Shown here: positions 1 through 9,506 of the stretch, piece after piece
How the letters are laid out: each line of letters opens with the position of its first letter
Position numbering within the stretch: the stretch's first letter is position 1
From: Actinomycetes bacterium
GTDB lineage: Bacteria; Actinomycetota; Actinomycetes; S36-B12; UBA5976
Direction: 5' to 3'
Length of the DNA stretch: 64,000 bases
Assembly (NCBI GenBank): GCA_038145175.1
Contig: JAYQPE010000003.1
Coordinates: 111,768 to 175,767 of the forward strand
Notes under the pieces: model-generated
Told to the model about the DNA's origin: nothing
The model's database searches: none
Seen by the model: the letters and a program-made list of their open reading frames with translations, nothing else
Position numbers and translations under genes: made by a program

Positions 1-971
1 ACGACACAGAGATGCTTTTACCAACTCCAGCTGTTGCAAATTATGCAATCAAATTGGTAAAAGAATTTGATTGTGAAAGTGTGCTATTTGGCGCAAGTGC
101 TCCGCTTGGCTTATTATCTGCAAAATTAAAAGAAAACGGAATAAAAACTACTGTTGCTTTAACTCATGGACATGAAGTGGGTTGGTCTTTTACTCCAGGC
201 TTAAAGCAGACTTTTCAAAAAATTGTTAAGGATGTAGATAAATTAACTTATCTAACAAAATATACCTTCGAAAAAATCAAAGAAGCTCTTCCCCAATCTG
301 AGTTAGATAAATTTGAGCAACTAACTCCAGGTATTGACATTGAAATGTTTAAGCCATCAAATAAAGAAACTAAAGAGGTTCAAGATTTAAAACACAGATT
401 TAGAATTCAAGATAAATTAATAGTTGCTTGTATATCAAGGCTTATGCCTAGAAAAGGTCAAGATACTTTAATTGAAATCTGGCCAGAAGTAATTAAGAAA
501 GTTCCTTCAGCTCATCTTTTAATTGTTGGTGGTGGACCTTACAAGCAAAATCTTCACAAGCAGGCATTTGATTTAAATGTAAATAGTAGTGTGACTTTAA
601 CTGGTTCTGTGCCATGGGAACAACTTCCAACTTTTTATGCCAGTGCAGATGTTTTTGCTATGCCAGTAAGAACGAGAAATTTTGGATTTGACGTTGAAGG
701 TTTAGGTATTGTTTATCTAGAAGCTTCAGCAAGTGCAGTACCTGTTATTGCTGGAAATTCAGGTGGTGCTCCTGATGCCGTCTTAAATGAAGTTACTGGT
801 TATGTACTTGATCCTAAAAATAAAAAATTACTCATTGAAAAAATAGTTAACTTACTGCTCAATCCTGATTTAAGAAATAGATTAGGCAAACAAGGTAGAT
901 CTTGGATTGAAAAACAATGGCAATGGCCCTCAAGACATTTACAAATTAGAAAATTATTATCAACTGATTGA
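1..971 (+). CDS. GT4-family glycosyltransferase, PimB-like (5' end outside window)
   Basis: The frame is open from base 3. It has the C-terminal GT-B signature EGLGIVYLEASASAVPVIAGNSGGAPDAV (E-x7-E). It sits beside trpD as Rv2188c does in M. tuberculosis. Confidence 0.8.
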   Translation, partial: DTEMLLPTPAVANYAIKLVKEFDCESVLFGASAPLGLLSAKLKENGIKTTVALTHGHEVGWSFTPGLKQTFQKIVKDVDKLTYLTKYTFEKIKEALPQSELDKFEQLTPGIDIEMFKPSNKETKEVQDLKHRFRIQDKLIVACISRLMPRKGQDTLIEIWPEVIKKVPSAHLLIVGGGPYKQNLHKQAFDLNVNSSVTLTGSVPWEQLPTFYASADVFAMPVRTRNFGFDVEGLGIVYLEASASAVPVIAGNSGGAPDAVLNEVTGYVLDPKNKKLLIEKIVNLLLNPDLRNRLGKQGRSWIEKQWQWPSRHLQIRKLLSTD

Positions 972-2003
972 TTTAGAAAAATCTTGCCATTTTTGAAGAG
1001 TATTTAAACTCATTCCACTTGCCACACTTCCCTTTGCCCTTGCAAAAGCAAGGTTTATGGCAGTTTCAAAATTTAAGTCTTGATTTTCGTAAGCAACTAT
1101 TGCAGCTGCAGCATTAATGCAGATTGCATCCTGGATCGCATTTGATGATTCAGGTGTTAATGCTTGCTTAATTAACTCAGCATTAGTCAAAGCATCTCCA
1201 CCTTGTAATTGGGAAATATCAACTTTTTCTATGCCCACATTTTTAGAATCAAAAATAAATTCGTTTATTAGATTATTTTTTACTTGCCAAATTTGAGTTG
1301 GACCACAAATTGATATTTCATCAAGTCCTTCTAAGCCTCTAACTACTAAAGCATTAGTTTTTCTGTTTGCTAAAACTTGGGCAATTACTGGTGCTTTATC
1401 TAAATTAGATACTCCCACAACTTGAGCTTTTGGTGTTGCGGGATTTGATAACGGTCCAAGAAAATTAAAAACTGTAGAAGTTGCTAATTCTTTTCTTACG
1501 GGTGCTACGACTTTCATCGCTGGATGAAAAATAGGAGCAAAACAAAAACAAATTCCAACTTTGTAAAAATTGTCTTTGACTTGTTCCGGGTTTAAATCAA
1601 TCTTTATTTTTAAGGCTTCTAATACATCTGCAGATCCGGATTTAGATGACGCTGCTCGATTTCCATGTTTAACAACTGGAATACCACAACTTGCCACCAC
1701 GATAGCCGCGGCAGTTGAAATATTTATGGTGTTAAATCCATCTCCCCCAGTGCCACAAGTATCGACTGCGTCATGATTAATGTCTAATTTTTTTGAGTGC
1801 TCAATCATTACTTCAACAAAAGCAGAAATCTCTTCAGCAGATTCAGTTTTATTTTTTAAACCTAATAAAAACTCTTTAATTTCAACTTCTGATGCTTTTG
1901 CATCCATCACTGAATTCATTGCCCATTGGGCTTGATTAAATGTTAAATCTTTTTTATTTTCAAGTTGAGTAAGGATTTCCTGCCAGGAAATCATATTGTT
2001 CAT
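960..2003 (-). CDS. trpD: anthranilate phosphoribosyltransferase
   Basis: 347 aa with the CGTGGDGFNTINISTAAA and KHGNRAASSKSGSADVLEAL motifs typical of TrpD. Confidence 0.95.
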   Translation of the reverse strand: MNNMISWQEILTQLENKKDLTFNQAQWAMNSVMDAKASEVEIKEFLLGLKNKTESAEEISAFVEVMIEHSKKLDINHDAVDTCGTGGDGFNTINISTAAAIVVASCGIPVVKHGNRAASSKSGSADVLEALKIKIDLNPEQVKDNFYKVGICFCFAPIFHPAMKVVAPVRKELATSTVFNFLGPLSNPATPKAQVVGVSNLDKAPVIAQVLANRKTNALVVRGLEGLDEISICGPTQIWQVKNNLINEFIFDSKNVGIEKVDISQLQGGDALTNAELIKQALTPESSNAIQDAICINAAAAIVAYENQDLNFETAINLAFARAKGSVASGMSLNTLQKWQDFSKSIS

Positions 2004-2476
2004 TTGACTGGGATAGCTGTTTTATCTACTCGTCTCAACAACGTTGTTGCGACTTCTACTAAAACCACTGGATCAATTGGCATCGGCACAACACCTTCTG
2101 CCTTTGACCAAGTTGCAAGCCATGCATCTTGCGGTCTTTGAATCAAAACAATAATTGGTGGGCAATTAAACACTTCATCTTTTGCATTTCGAGCAATGCC
2201 CATTCCACCTGCAGGTGCGGCTTCTCCATCAAGAATTGCTAAATGAATTTTTCCTGTTTTTAATTCATTTTTAACAACAGGTTCTGTTGCAACTTGAATA
2301 AATTCAATCCTTGGCAAATCTTTTGCAGGTCTTCTACCAAGGGAAGTGATAACTGCGTCACGAATTCTTCTATCGTCTGAATAAACAAGCACTCTTAGTT
2401 CGTGCAATTGTGAATTTATCTCTGCCACAAGTGTCACATTAGTCATATATTGCGCGCCCATCCATAAATCCCCCAC
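2000..2476 (-). CDS. stand-alone degenerate CheY-like receiver-domain protein
   Basis: VLVYSDD (acidic pair) and AILDGE (phospho-Asp position) are present. The conserved Thr/Ser and Lys positions read VLIQRP and VPMPIDP instead. It overlaps trpD by 4 nt. The real start is probably ATG 2461, with GGGGGA 7 nt upstream. Confidence 0.55.
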   Translation of the reverse strand: MGDLWMGAQYMTNVTLVAEINSQLHELRVLVYSDDRRIRDAVITSLGRRPAKDLPRIEFIQVATEPVVKNELKTGKIHLAILDGEAAPAGGMGIARNAKDEVFNCPPIIVLIQRPQDAWLATWSKAEGVVPMPIDPVVLVEVATTLLRRVDKTAIPVK

Positions 2477-2500
2477 CGTTTAGGTGACAGAATAGGAAGT

Positions 2501-3091
2501 ATGTCCACTGCATCTTTTACAAACCAACGAATTAATCGCCCTAACATGACCGCGATTGGAACCATAGTTTGGTTATCAAGTGAATTGATGTTTTTTGCTG
2601 CATTATTTGCAATGTATTTCACTTTGCGTGCGGTAAATCCTGATATTTGGAAATTAGAAACTGAACTACTTAATATCCCATTTTCAGCTGCCAACACAAC
2701 TATTTTGGTTTTAAGTTCAGTAACTGCTCAACTTGGAGTTTTTGCGGCAGAACGTGGGGATAGAGAAAGACTTCGTTTTTGGTTCATTATTACTTTTTTG
2801 ATGGGTGCATTTTTCGTAGGCGGTCAAGCTTTTGAATACGCAGAATTAGTACATGAGGGTTTAACTATTTCTTCATCCCCATTTGGTTCAGTTTTTTATC
2901 TAACGACAGGTTTTCACGCACTACACGTAACTGGTGGTTTAGTTGCGTTTCTATTTGTTTTAGCAAGAACTTATGTCAGACCAAAAATGACACATGGGTT
3001 AGCTACATCTGCAGTAGTAACTTCTTATTATTGGCATTTCGTAGACGTAGTTTGGATCGGTTTATTCGCAACTATTTATTTGGTGAAATAG
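2501..3091 (+). CDS. ctaE: cytochrome c oxidase (aa3) subunit III
   Basis: 196 aa, 5 TM, with [17 protein letters not shown] and HALHVTGG motifs. It sits upstream of qcrCAB, as in Actinobacteria. Confidence 0.9.
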   Translation: MSTASFTNQRINRPNMTAIGTIVWLSSELMFFAALFAMYFTLRAVNPDIWKLETELLNIPFSAANTTILVLSSVTAQLGVFAAERGDRERLRFWFIITFLMGAFFVGGQAFEYAELVHEGLTISSSPFGSVFYLTTGFHALHVTGGLVAFLFVLARTYVRPKMTHGLATSAVVTSYYWHFVDVVWIGLFATIYLVK

Positions 3092-3100
3092 GTAAAAGAA

Positions 3101-3895
3101 TTGAAATATATAACAAAATTTAGAAGAAGAAAAAGTGCTCCACTTCTAGTTTTGTTTTTTGCTTTAGGTTTTGTGTCAGTAGTTTTTAGTGCAGCTAATG
3201 TTTTAGTTTCTCCAGCGCAAGCAAGAATGGGAACTGATGAAACTTTAGTTGATAAAGGTTCTGTTTTGTTTGCCGAAGGTTGTTCTTCTTGTCATGGATT
3301 AAATGGACAAGGAACAAGTGATGGACCAACTTTAGTTGGCGTTGGTGCTGCATCAGTTCATTTTCAAGTTTCAACAGGTCGCATGCCAATGGCAGCACCA
3401 GGTGCACAAGTTATGCGTAAAGAACCAAGTTATAACGAAGAAGAAACTTTGGCTTTAGCTGCTTATGTTGCAACCTTTGGTCCTGGTCCTGCAATTCCAT
3501 CTGAAGAAGAAATAAATGCTTGGGTAAATGCCGATGTTGCTGAAGGTGGAGAATTATTTAGAACAAATTGTGCACAATGTCATAACTTTGCAGGATCCGG
3601 TGGTGCACTAACTAATGGAAAGTATGCTCCAAGTTTAGGTCAATCAACTCCACAACAAATTTATGAAGCAATGTTGACAGGTCCACAATCAATGCCAATA
3701 TTTAGTGAAAAAACTTTAACTCCAGAAAATAAAGCTGCAATTATTCGCTACATTCAAGAATTAAATAAATCTGAAAATCCAGGCGGAGTTGATTTAGGAA
3801 GATTAGGGCCAGTAACAGAAGGATTATTTTTATGGACTATTGGTTTGGGTGCACTTATTGCTGTTGCAGTATGGATAGGAGCAAGAGTTAGATGA
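3101..3895 (+). CDS. qcrC: cytochrome bc1 complex dihaem cytochrome c subunit
   Basis: Two CxxCH haem-binding motifs (CSSCH, CAQCH), an N-terminal signal/TM and a C-terminal TM. TTG start. Confidence 0.9.
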   Translation: MKYITKFRRRKSAPLLVLFFALGFVSVVFSAANVLVSPAQARMGTDETLVDKGSVLFAEGCSSCHGLNGQGTSDGPTLVGVGAASVHFQVSTGRMPMAAPGAQVMRKEPSYNEEETLALAAYVATFGPGPAIPSEEEINAWVNADVAEGGELFRTNCAQCHNFAGSGGALTNGKYAPSLGQSTPQQIYEAMLTGPQSMPIFSEKTLTPENKAAIIRYIQELNKSENPGGVDLGRLGPVTEGLFLWTIGLGALIAVAVWIGARVR

Positions 3896-4959
3896 GTAAC
3901 AATTTTGATTTAAATAACACTTTTGATCCAGATCGAGGAAAACTTCCAGAGAAAATTTCTAAAGAAGTTCCTTCAAAATTGCCTACTCCTGCAAAAGGTG
4001 TAGATCACTATTTAAGAAGAACTGACACTGATCCAAAAGCTGCTAGAAGAGCTGAGCGCCAAGTTGCGACAATGTTTGCTTTGTCAGGATTTTTTACATT
4101 GGTCTTTTTAGTTTCATTTGTCGCAATTCCTAGAGAAAAAAAGATTGCGGTTAATTTAATTGGGGTTACCAGTGCTCAAAATCTTGTCTTAGGTGTTTCA
4201 TTTGGATTAGCAATTCTGCTAATTGGAATCGGTGCAATCCATTGGGCAAAAAAATTAATGCCCGATGTTGAAATGGAGCAAGAAAGAAAACCAATAAAAC
4301 CAAGTGATGAAGTTCAACAAGAAGCTTTAGATGCTTTTAGAGTTGGAGCCCAAGAATCTGGTTTTGGATCACGAAAATTAGTTAGAAGAACACTTCTAGG
4401 AGCACTTGCACTTTTCCCACTACCTTTTGTTGTCATGCTTAGAGATTTAGGTCCTGCTCCAAAAGGTGAATTAAGAAAAACCGCTTGGGAAGAAGGTCTT
4501 CACATTGTTACAGACATTACTTACCAAAAAATTAAACCAGAAGACATTCCTGTGGGAAATCTAATTTCAGCTATGCCTGAAAACATTTTAGAAATTCAAG
4601 AAGAAACCCATACTCTTAATGAACGTGGAAAGTCAGCAATTTTGTTAGTTAGAATGCGTCCTGAAGATATAAAAAGCCAACAAGGACCTGATTGGGACTA
4701 TCAAGGAATACTTGCCTACTCAAAAATTTGTACCCACGTAGGTTGTCCAATTGCGCTATATGAACAAAGGACCCATAATTTATTATGTCCATGTCATCAA
4801 TCGACTTTTGATTTGTCTGACTCAGGACAGCCAATTTTTGGACCTGCTGCAAGAAGATTGCCGCAGTTAGCAATTACGGTTGACGAAGAAGGTTACCTAA
4901 TTGCTCGCCAAGGATTTCAAGAACCAGTTGGACCAAGTTTCTGGGAGCGTGGTGCATGA
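3892..4959 (+). CDS. qcrA: cytochrome bc1 complex Rieske iron-sulfur subunit
   Basis: Rieske boxes CTHVGCP and CPCHQS. 4-nt overlap with qcrC. Confidence 0.92.
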   Translation: MSNNFDLNNTFDPDRGKLPEKISKEVPSKLPTPAKGVDHYLRRTDTDPKAARRAERQVATMFALSGFFTLVFLVSFVAIPREKKIAVNLIGVTSAQNLVLGVSFGLAILLIGIGAIHWAKKLMPDVEMEQERKPIKPSDEVQQEALDAFRVGAQESGFGSRKLVRRTLLGALALFPLPFVVMLRDLGPAPKGELRKTAWEEGLHIVTDITYQKIKPEDIPVGNLISAMPENILEIQEETHTLNERGKSAILLVRMRPEDIKSQQGPDWDYQGILAYSKICTHVGCPIALYEQRTHNLLCPCHQSTFDLSDSGQPIFGPAARRLPQLAITVDEEGYLIARQGFQEPVGPSFWERGA

Positions 4960-6632
4960 GTACTACTGAAAGTAAACAAACCCCTGCTGCATATAACTAT
5001 GTAGATAGCAGAGTTGGTTTTTCTGCGGCCCTAAAAAGAAATTTAAGAAAAGTATTTCCTGATCACTGGTCATTTATGCTTGGTGAAATTGCACTTTATT
5101 CATTCATCATTTTATTACTAACTGGTGTGTTTTTGACATTTTGGTACAAACCATCAATGACAGAAGTTATTTACAACGGTTCATACATTCCATTAAAAGG
5201 TGTTCCAATGAGTGAAGCTTTTGCTTCAACTCTAGAAATTTCATTTGATGTTCGTGGTGGAATGCTTATTAGACAAATACATCACTGGGCTGCTCTATTT
5301 TTTATAGCCGCCATGATGGTTCACTTAATGAGAGTTTTCTTTACCGGAGCTTATAGAAAACCAAGAGAATTTAACTGGCTACTAGGTATTGGATTATTAA
5401 CTTTAGGTCTTTTGGAAGGTTTTGCTGGTTATTCCTTACCAGATGATTTGTTATCAGGAATTGGTTTAAGAATTGCATCAGGAATCGTGCAAGCACTTCC
5501 TGTAATTGGAACTTGGGCATTGTATTTCTTATTTGGTGGAGAATTCCCAGGCGTTGATTTTATTCCTCGTCTTTACACTATTCACGTTTTATTAGTTCCA
5601 GGAATAATTCTTGCCTTAGTTACTGCACATTTACTTTTAGTGTGGACTCAAAAACACACTCAATATCCAGGTCCTGGCAGAACTGAAAACAATGTTGTTG
5701 GTTATCCATTGCTTCCTGTTTACACAGCAAAAGCCGGCGGGTTCTTCTTTATTGTTTTTGGTGTCACAACTTTGATGGGTGCGCTAATAACTATTAATCC
5801 AATTTGGTTATACGGTCCTTTTACTCCAGATCAAGTAACAGCAGGTTCTCAACCTGATTTCTACATTGGATTCTTAGAAGGCTCACTTCGGGTTATGCCT
5901 GCAATTGAAATTAATATTTTCAATACTTGGACTTTTTCTCCTAACGTTCTAATCCCAGCATTAATTTTGCCCGGTTTGATGATGACTGCGATGGCTTTAT
6001 ATCCATTTATTGAAAGCTGGGTAACTGGAGATAAAAGAGAACATAATTTGTTAGATCGCCCAAGAAATGCACCAACTAGGACAGCACTTGGCACAATGTC
6101 TCTATCTTTCTACCTCTTGTTATGGCTTGGTGGAGGAAACGACATCATTGCCACAACTTTCCACATGTCAATTAATGCAATTACTTGGTTCATGCGATTT
6201 GCTCTAATTGCAGTTCCTCCAATTGTTTTTATTGTTACCAGAAGAATTTGTCTTGGATTACAAAGAAATGATTTAGATAAATTACTTCATGGAAAAGAAA
6301 CCGGCAGAATTTTAAGACTTCCAGATGGAGGTTTTGTGGAAGTTCATGAACCTGTAAGTGAAGCTGAAATTCCTGCTTTAATTGCAAGAGAAACTTATCC
6401 TCGTTGGGAAATTCCTAAGAAATACGATGAAAATGGTATAAAAACACCTAAATATCGTCGACAATGGTTAAGAGCCAAACTAAGTCACTGGTGGACTAAA
6501 GGTGATTTACCAACTCCAACAACAAAAGAAATTCAAGCAGGTCAACATCATGCTCATGAAGCTCTAGAACAAGCACAAAGTTTTGGAGTTGAACCAGGTA
6601 AAGAAGAGATTGTATCTTCAAGTAAACACTAA
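4956..6632 (+). CDS. qcrB: cytochrome bc1 complex cytochrome b subunit
   Basis: 558 aa polytopic protein with cytochrome b His motifs (RQIHHWAA, YTIHVLLVP) and a long actinobacterial C-terminal extension. 4-nt overlap with qcrA. Confidence 0.92.
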   Translation: MSTTESKQTPAAYNYVDSRVGFSAALKRNLRKVFPDHWSFMLGEIALYSFIILLLTGVFLTFWYKPSMTEVIYNGSYIPLKGVPMSEAFASTLEISFDVRGGMLIRQIHHWAALFFIAAMMVHLMRVFFTGAYRKPREFNWLLGIGLLTLGLLEGFAGYSLPDDLLSGIGLRIASGIVQALPVIGTWALYFLFGGEFPGVDFIPRLYTIHVLLVPGIILALVTAHLLLVWTQKHTQYPGPGRTENNVVGYPLLPVYTAKAGGFFFIVFGVTTLMGALITINPIWLYGPFTPDQVTAGSQPDFYIGFLEGSLRVMPAIEINIFNTWTFSPNVLIPALILPGLMMTAMALYPFIESWVTGDKREHNLLDRPRNAPTRTALGTMSLSFYLLLWLGGGNDIIATTFHMSINAITWFMRFALIAVPPIVFIVTRRICLGLQRNDLDKLLHGKETGRILRLPDGGFVEVHEPVSEAEIPALIARETYPRWEIPKKYDENGIKTPKYRRQWLRAKLSHWWTKGDLPTPTTKEIQAGQHHAHEALEQAQSFGVEPGKEEIVSSSKH

Positions 6633-6648
6633 TTTTTAATCTTTAAAA

Positions 6649-6684
6649 CCCGCCAAAACTCAAATTGGCGGGTTTTTTGTTTTT
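6649..6684 (+). terminator. rho-independent terminator after qcrB
   Basis: CCCGCCAA (6649-6656) pairs with TTGGCGGG (6665-6672) around an 8-nt loop, followed by TTTTTTGTTTTT. Confidence 0.75.
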
Positions 6685-6705
6685 ATGATTAACTGAAAAG
6701 AGAAT

Positions 6706-7704
6706 ATGAATATTTCGTTAACAATCTGGCTTTTAACAGTTGGCGCCATTATTGCTTTGATTTTGGTTGATTTGTTTACCGTGAGCGCTAAACCTCATGA
6801 TGTGATGTTTAAAGAAGCTGCTTCTTGGTCAATTTTTTATGTAGCAGTTGCCGTAGCATTTGGTGTTTGGATTTGGTTAGATTTTGGCAGTCAAAGTGGA
6901 ACAGAATATTTTGCTGCTTATTTAGTAGAAAAATCATTATCAGTAGATAATCTTTTTGTTTTTGCAATTATTCTGACCCAGTTTGCTGTACCAAGTATTT
7001 ATCAACAAAGAGTATTGCTCATCGGTGTAATACTTGCTCTAGTTTTAAGAGCTATATTTATCGCAATAGGAGCAGCTGCTCTTGCAGCATTTGCCTTCAC
7101 CTTCGTAATCTTTGGTGCAATCCTTATTTATACAGGAATTGGCTTATTTAGACATTGGAATGAAGATCCAAACCCTGATGATAATTTCTTAGTGAAACAG
7201 GTTAGAAAATTTACCCCGGTAACAAGTCAATACCACGGAACTAAGTTGTTTGTAAGAATTGATGGAAAAAGATTTGCTACCCCTATGTTTTTGGTAATGA
7301 TTGCCATTGCTTCAACGGATTTGCTTTTTGCACTGGATTCAATCCCTGCCACATTTGGGGTAACACAAGAGCCATTTTTAGTTTTTGCTGCAAATGCTTT
7401 TGCCTTGCTTGGACTAAGAGCTCTTTATTTCCTACTAAAAGGTTTATTAGATCGATTAATTTATCTATCGATTGGCTTGGCTGCGATTTTGGTATTTATT
7501 GGTGGAAAACTAATTCTTACCTATTTTCATGAAATCAATAATTCGATTCCTAAGGTTCCAACTGGAATTAGCTTAGGAGTGATTGCTTTAATTTTAACTA
7601 TTGCGATTGTGGCAAGTTTATTGAAATCAAGACAAGATCCAACTTTGAAAGCTCACGCAGGAACTGTAAGAGCGCCAAAAAAAGAAGAAGTAGAGAAGAA
7701 ATAA
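6706..7704 (+). CDS. TerC-family integral membrane protein
   Basis: 332 aa, multi-TM, with TerC signatures EKSLSVDNLFVFAIIL and STDLLFALDSIPATFG. Confidence 0.85.
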   Translation: MNISLTIWLLTVGAIIALILVDLFTVSAKPHDVMFKEAASWSIFYVAVAVAFGVWIWLDFGSQSGTEYFAAYLVEKSLSVDNLFVFAIILTQFAVPSIYQQRVLLIGVILALVLRAIFIAIGAAALAAFAFTFVIFGAILIYTGIGLFRHWNEDPNPDDNFLVKQVRKFTPVTSQYHGTKLFVRIDGKRFATPMFLVMIAIASTDLLFALDSIPATFGVTQEPFLVFAANAFALLGLRALYFLLKGLLDRLIYLSIGLAAILVFIGGKLILTYFHEINNSIPKVPTGISLGVIALILTIAIVASLLKSRQDPTLKAHAGTVRAPKKEEVEKK

Positions 7705-7714
7705 TTATTTAAAC

Positions 7715-7819
7715 TTAGTGGCCCTGACAAATTTGTTCAGGTGGAACACCTCGAAGTGCTGATTCGACATGTTCACCACAGCCTCTATATGTGAACTTGC
7801 CACAAATCTCGCAAACCAC
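7715..7819 (-). CDS. candidate Cys/His-rich mini-protein (34 aa from GTG 7819; 38 aa if the ATT at 7831 is used)
   Basis: My own translation of the minus strand gives (ICSK)VVCEICGKFTYRGCGEHVESALRGVPPEQICQGH*. AGGGG lies 7 nt upstream of the in-frame ATT at 7831. It is too short for the supplied ORF track. Confidence 0.35.
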   Translation of the reverse strand: MVCEICGKFTYRGCGEHVESALRGVPPEQICQGH

Positions 7820-7903
7820 TTTGCTACAAATTTTGAAACCCCTAAATAGTAACTAATTGGTAGTTTAGTACTTAAACAAAATCAATCACTAAAGAGTTAT
7901 TAC

Positions 7904-8221
7904 TTAACTTGGAATTCTTAAAACTTGACCTGCATAAAGGCTAGAACCTTCCAAGACATTCAAGTTTTTGATTTCTTCAATAACTGCTCGCGGGTCAGCT
8001 TCCGGATTTACCCGCGAGGCAATAGTCCATAGTGTTTCGCCAGGAGAAACTACTATTAACTGACTCTTGTTGCCTGCTTGATCAAGGCTTGCTCTGGCTG
8101 TTGAAGTTAGAGAAGGTACCGCAAAGGCTGTAATAGCGATTAAAGTCGCCAAAATGACCACAAAACGGCCTCTTTTGGTCAAACGTAAAGTAGGAGTTGA
8201 TACATGAGCTAGTGTTGTCAT
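7904..8221 (-). CDS. SOS-regulated TM + LysM protein (YneA/ChiZ-like putative division inhibitor)
   Basis: From ATG 8221 it is 105 aa: a basic N-terminus, one TM (FVVILATLIAITAFAV) and a C-terminal LysM (VSPGETLWTIASR...GQVLRIPS). It is divergent from lexA, with a perfect LexA box 13 nt upstream. The longer 144-aa ORF would run into lexA. Confidence 0.75.
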   Translation of the reverse strand: MTTLAHVSTPTLRLTKRGRFVVILATLIAITAFAVPSLTSTARASLDQAGNKSQLIVVSPGETLWTIASRVNPEADPRAVIEEIKNLNVLEGSSLYAGQVLRIPS

Positions 8222-8233
8222 ATGGCCCTTCTT

Positions 8234-8249
8234 TCGAACATTTGTTCGA
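8234..8249. promoter_or_regulatory. LexA (SOS) box 1, perfect palindrome TCGAACATTTGTTCGA
   Basis: Exact match to the actinobacterial/Gram-positive SOS box TCGAAC-N4-GTTCGA. Confidence 0.85.
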
Positions 8250-8284
8250 TTATTGCACATACATACGACATTTGGCAAGTTTTT

Positions 8285-8313
8285 TCGAACAGGTGTTTGA
8301 AACATTTGTTCGA
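8285..8313. promoter_or_regulatory. LexA boxes 2 and 3 (overlapping): TCGAACAGGTGTTTGA and TGAAACATTTGTTCGA
   Basis: Two imperfect GAAC-N4-GTTC-type palindromes share 3 nt and end 19 nt upstream of the lexA ATG. Confidence 0.7.
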
Positions 8314-8331
8314 ATAGGCTAACCTTTAGGT

Positions 8332-9024
8332 ATGACAAATAAACCTGATTCAGAAGTAGCTCACATTAACCCAGATGGCGATGGCCTTACCGATCGCCAA
8401 AGAAAGATTTTGAACGTCATCCAAGACGCTGTGAAAGATAGAGGTTTTCCTCCTACAGTGCGTGAAATTGCCGATCTAGTAGGTCTTGCCTCTCCTGCTT
8501 CTGTAGCACATCAACTTTCAGCCTTAGAAAGAAAAGGTTTCATTAAACGCGATCCAAATTCCCCAAGAGCAATAGATTTAACTTTGCCAAACAAATCCGG
8601 TGTAGCAATTGATGGATTAGTCGGTGGCATTGAAGGAGAACAAACTCCAGAAGCAGCTTTTGTGCCACTGGTGGGTCGAATCGCTGCCGGTGGACCAATT
8701 TTGGCAGAAGAATCAATTGAAGCTATTTATCCACTTCCAAAAGAATTAGTTGGTAATGGTGAATTGTTTATGTTGGAAGTTGTAGGAGATTCAATGATTG
8801 ATGCTGCAATTTGTCATGGTGACAAAGTTGTAGTGAGAAAACAAGATGATGCTCAAAATGGAGAAATAGTTGCAGCTTTGTTAGGGGATGAAGCAACTGT
8901 GAAAACTTTAAAAAGAAAAGATGGACATGTTTGGTTAATGCCCGCAAATCCAAATTATGAACCAATTAATGGTGACCACGCAAAAATTCTTGGTCGCGTT
9001 GTCACAGTGATGAGAAAGATTTAG
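8332..9024 (+). CDS. lexA: LexA repressor
   Basis: N-terminal wHTH ([22 protein letters not shown]), an Ala-Gly cleavage region (GRIAAGGP), and an S24 peptidase Ser/Lys pair ([14 protein letters not shown]). Confidence 0.95.
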   Translation: MTNKPDSEVAHINPDGDGLTDRQRKILNVIQDAVKDRGFPPTVREIADLVGLASPASVAHQLSALERKGFIKRDPNSPRAIDLTLPNKSGVAIDGLVGGIEGEQTPEAAFVPLVGRIAAGGPILAEESIEAIYPLPKELVGNGELFMLEVVGDSMIDAAICHGDKVVVRKQDDAQNGEIVAALLGDEATVKTLKRKDGHVWLMPANPNYEPINGDHAKILGRVVTVMRKI

Positions 9025-9500
9025 TTCACACCTAAATAAGCATTTTTAATTACAACTAAATCAATTTTTTTCATCTTAAGCATTGCCTCGGTTGCTCTTT
9101 TAGATCCTTGAGCATCGTCTCCGCCTAAATATTTACCCATCTCTATAGGTATAACTTGCCAAGAGATACCAAATTTGTCTTTCAGCCAACCACATTGACT
9201 TTCTTGACCACCATCTTTAGTTAAAATCTCCCAATAGTGATCAACTTCTGCTTGATCTTTACATGGTATTTGAAATGAAATAGCTTCGCTGTGAGGAAAT
9301 TGAGGACCGCCATTTAGTCCAATAAATGATTGATTAAAAATCTTAAAGTTCACAAATACTTCTTCCCCTTCTTTATTGCCAGGAGTATCTGTTGGAGTAA
9401 TCCATTGATCTTCTATGGAACTATTGGGAAAAATTGAAGTGTAAAAAAGAGCTGCTTGTCTTGCTTGACCGTCAAACCATAAACAAGTGGTTAATTCCAT
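9021..9500 (-). CDS. VOC/glyoxalase-superfamily protein (PhnB-like)
   Basis: 159 aa. The N-terminal [21 protein letters not shown] and the [13 protein letters not shown] motif are typical of PhnB/3-demethylubiquinone-methyltransferase-domain proteins. Confidence 0.7.
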   Translation of the reverse strand: MELTTCLWFDGQARQAALFYTSIFPNSSIEDQWITPTDTPGNKEGEEVFVNFKIFNQSFIGLNGGPQFPHSEAISFQIPCKDQAEVDHYWEILTKDGGQESQCGWLKDKFGISWQVIPIEMGKYLGGDDAQGSKRATEAMLKMKKIDLVVIKNAYLGVN

Positions 9501-9506
9501 TAATTA

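Noticed and set aside
6633-6705. yybP-ykoY (Mn) riboswitch upstream of the TerC-family gene
   Set aside because: The 73-nt spacer is fully explained by the qcrB terminator plus a short AT-rich stretch. No conserved riboswitch helices are present.
8222-8338. N-terminal extension of the LysM ORF (144-aa version) overlapping the lexA start
   Set aside because: The extension ([14 protein letters not shown]...) is read straight through the three LexA boxes and the lexA start. The ATG at 8221 gives a YneA-sized protein starting just downstream of box 1.
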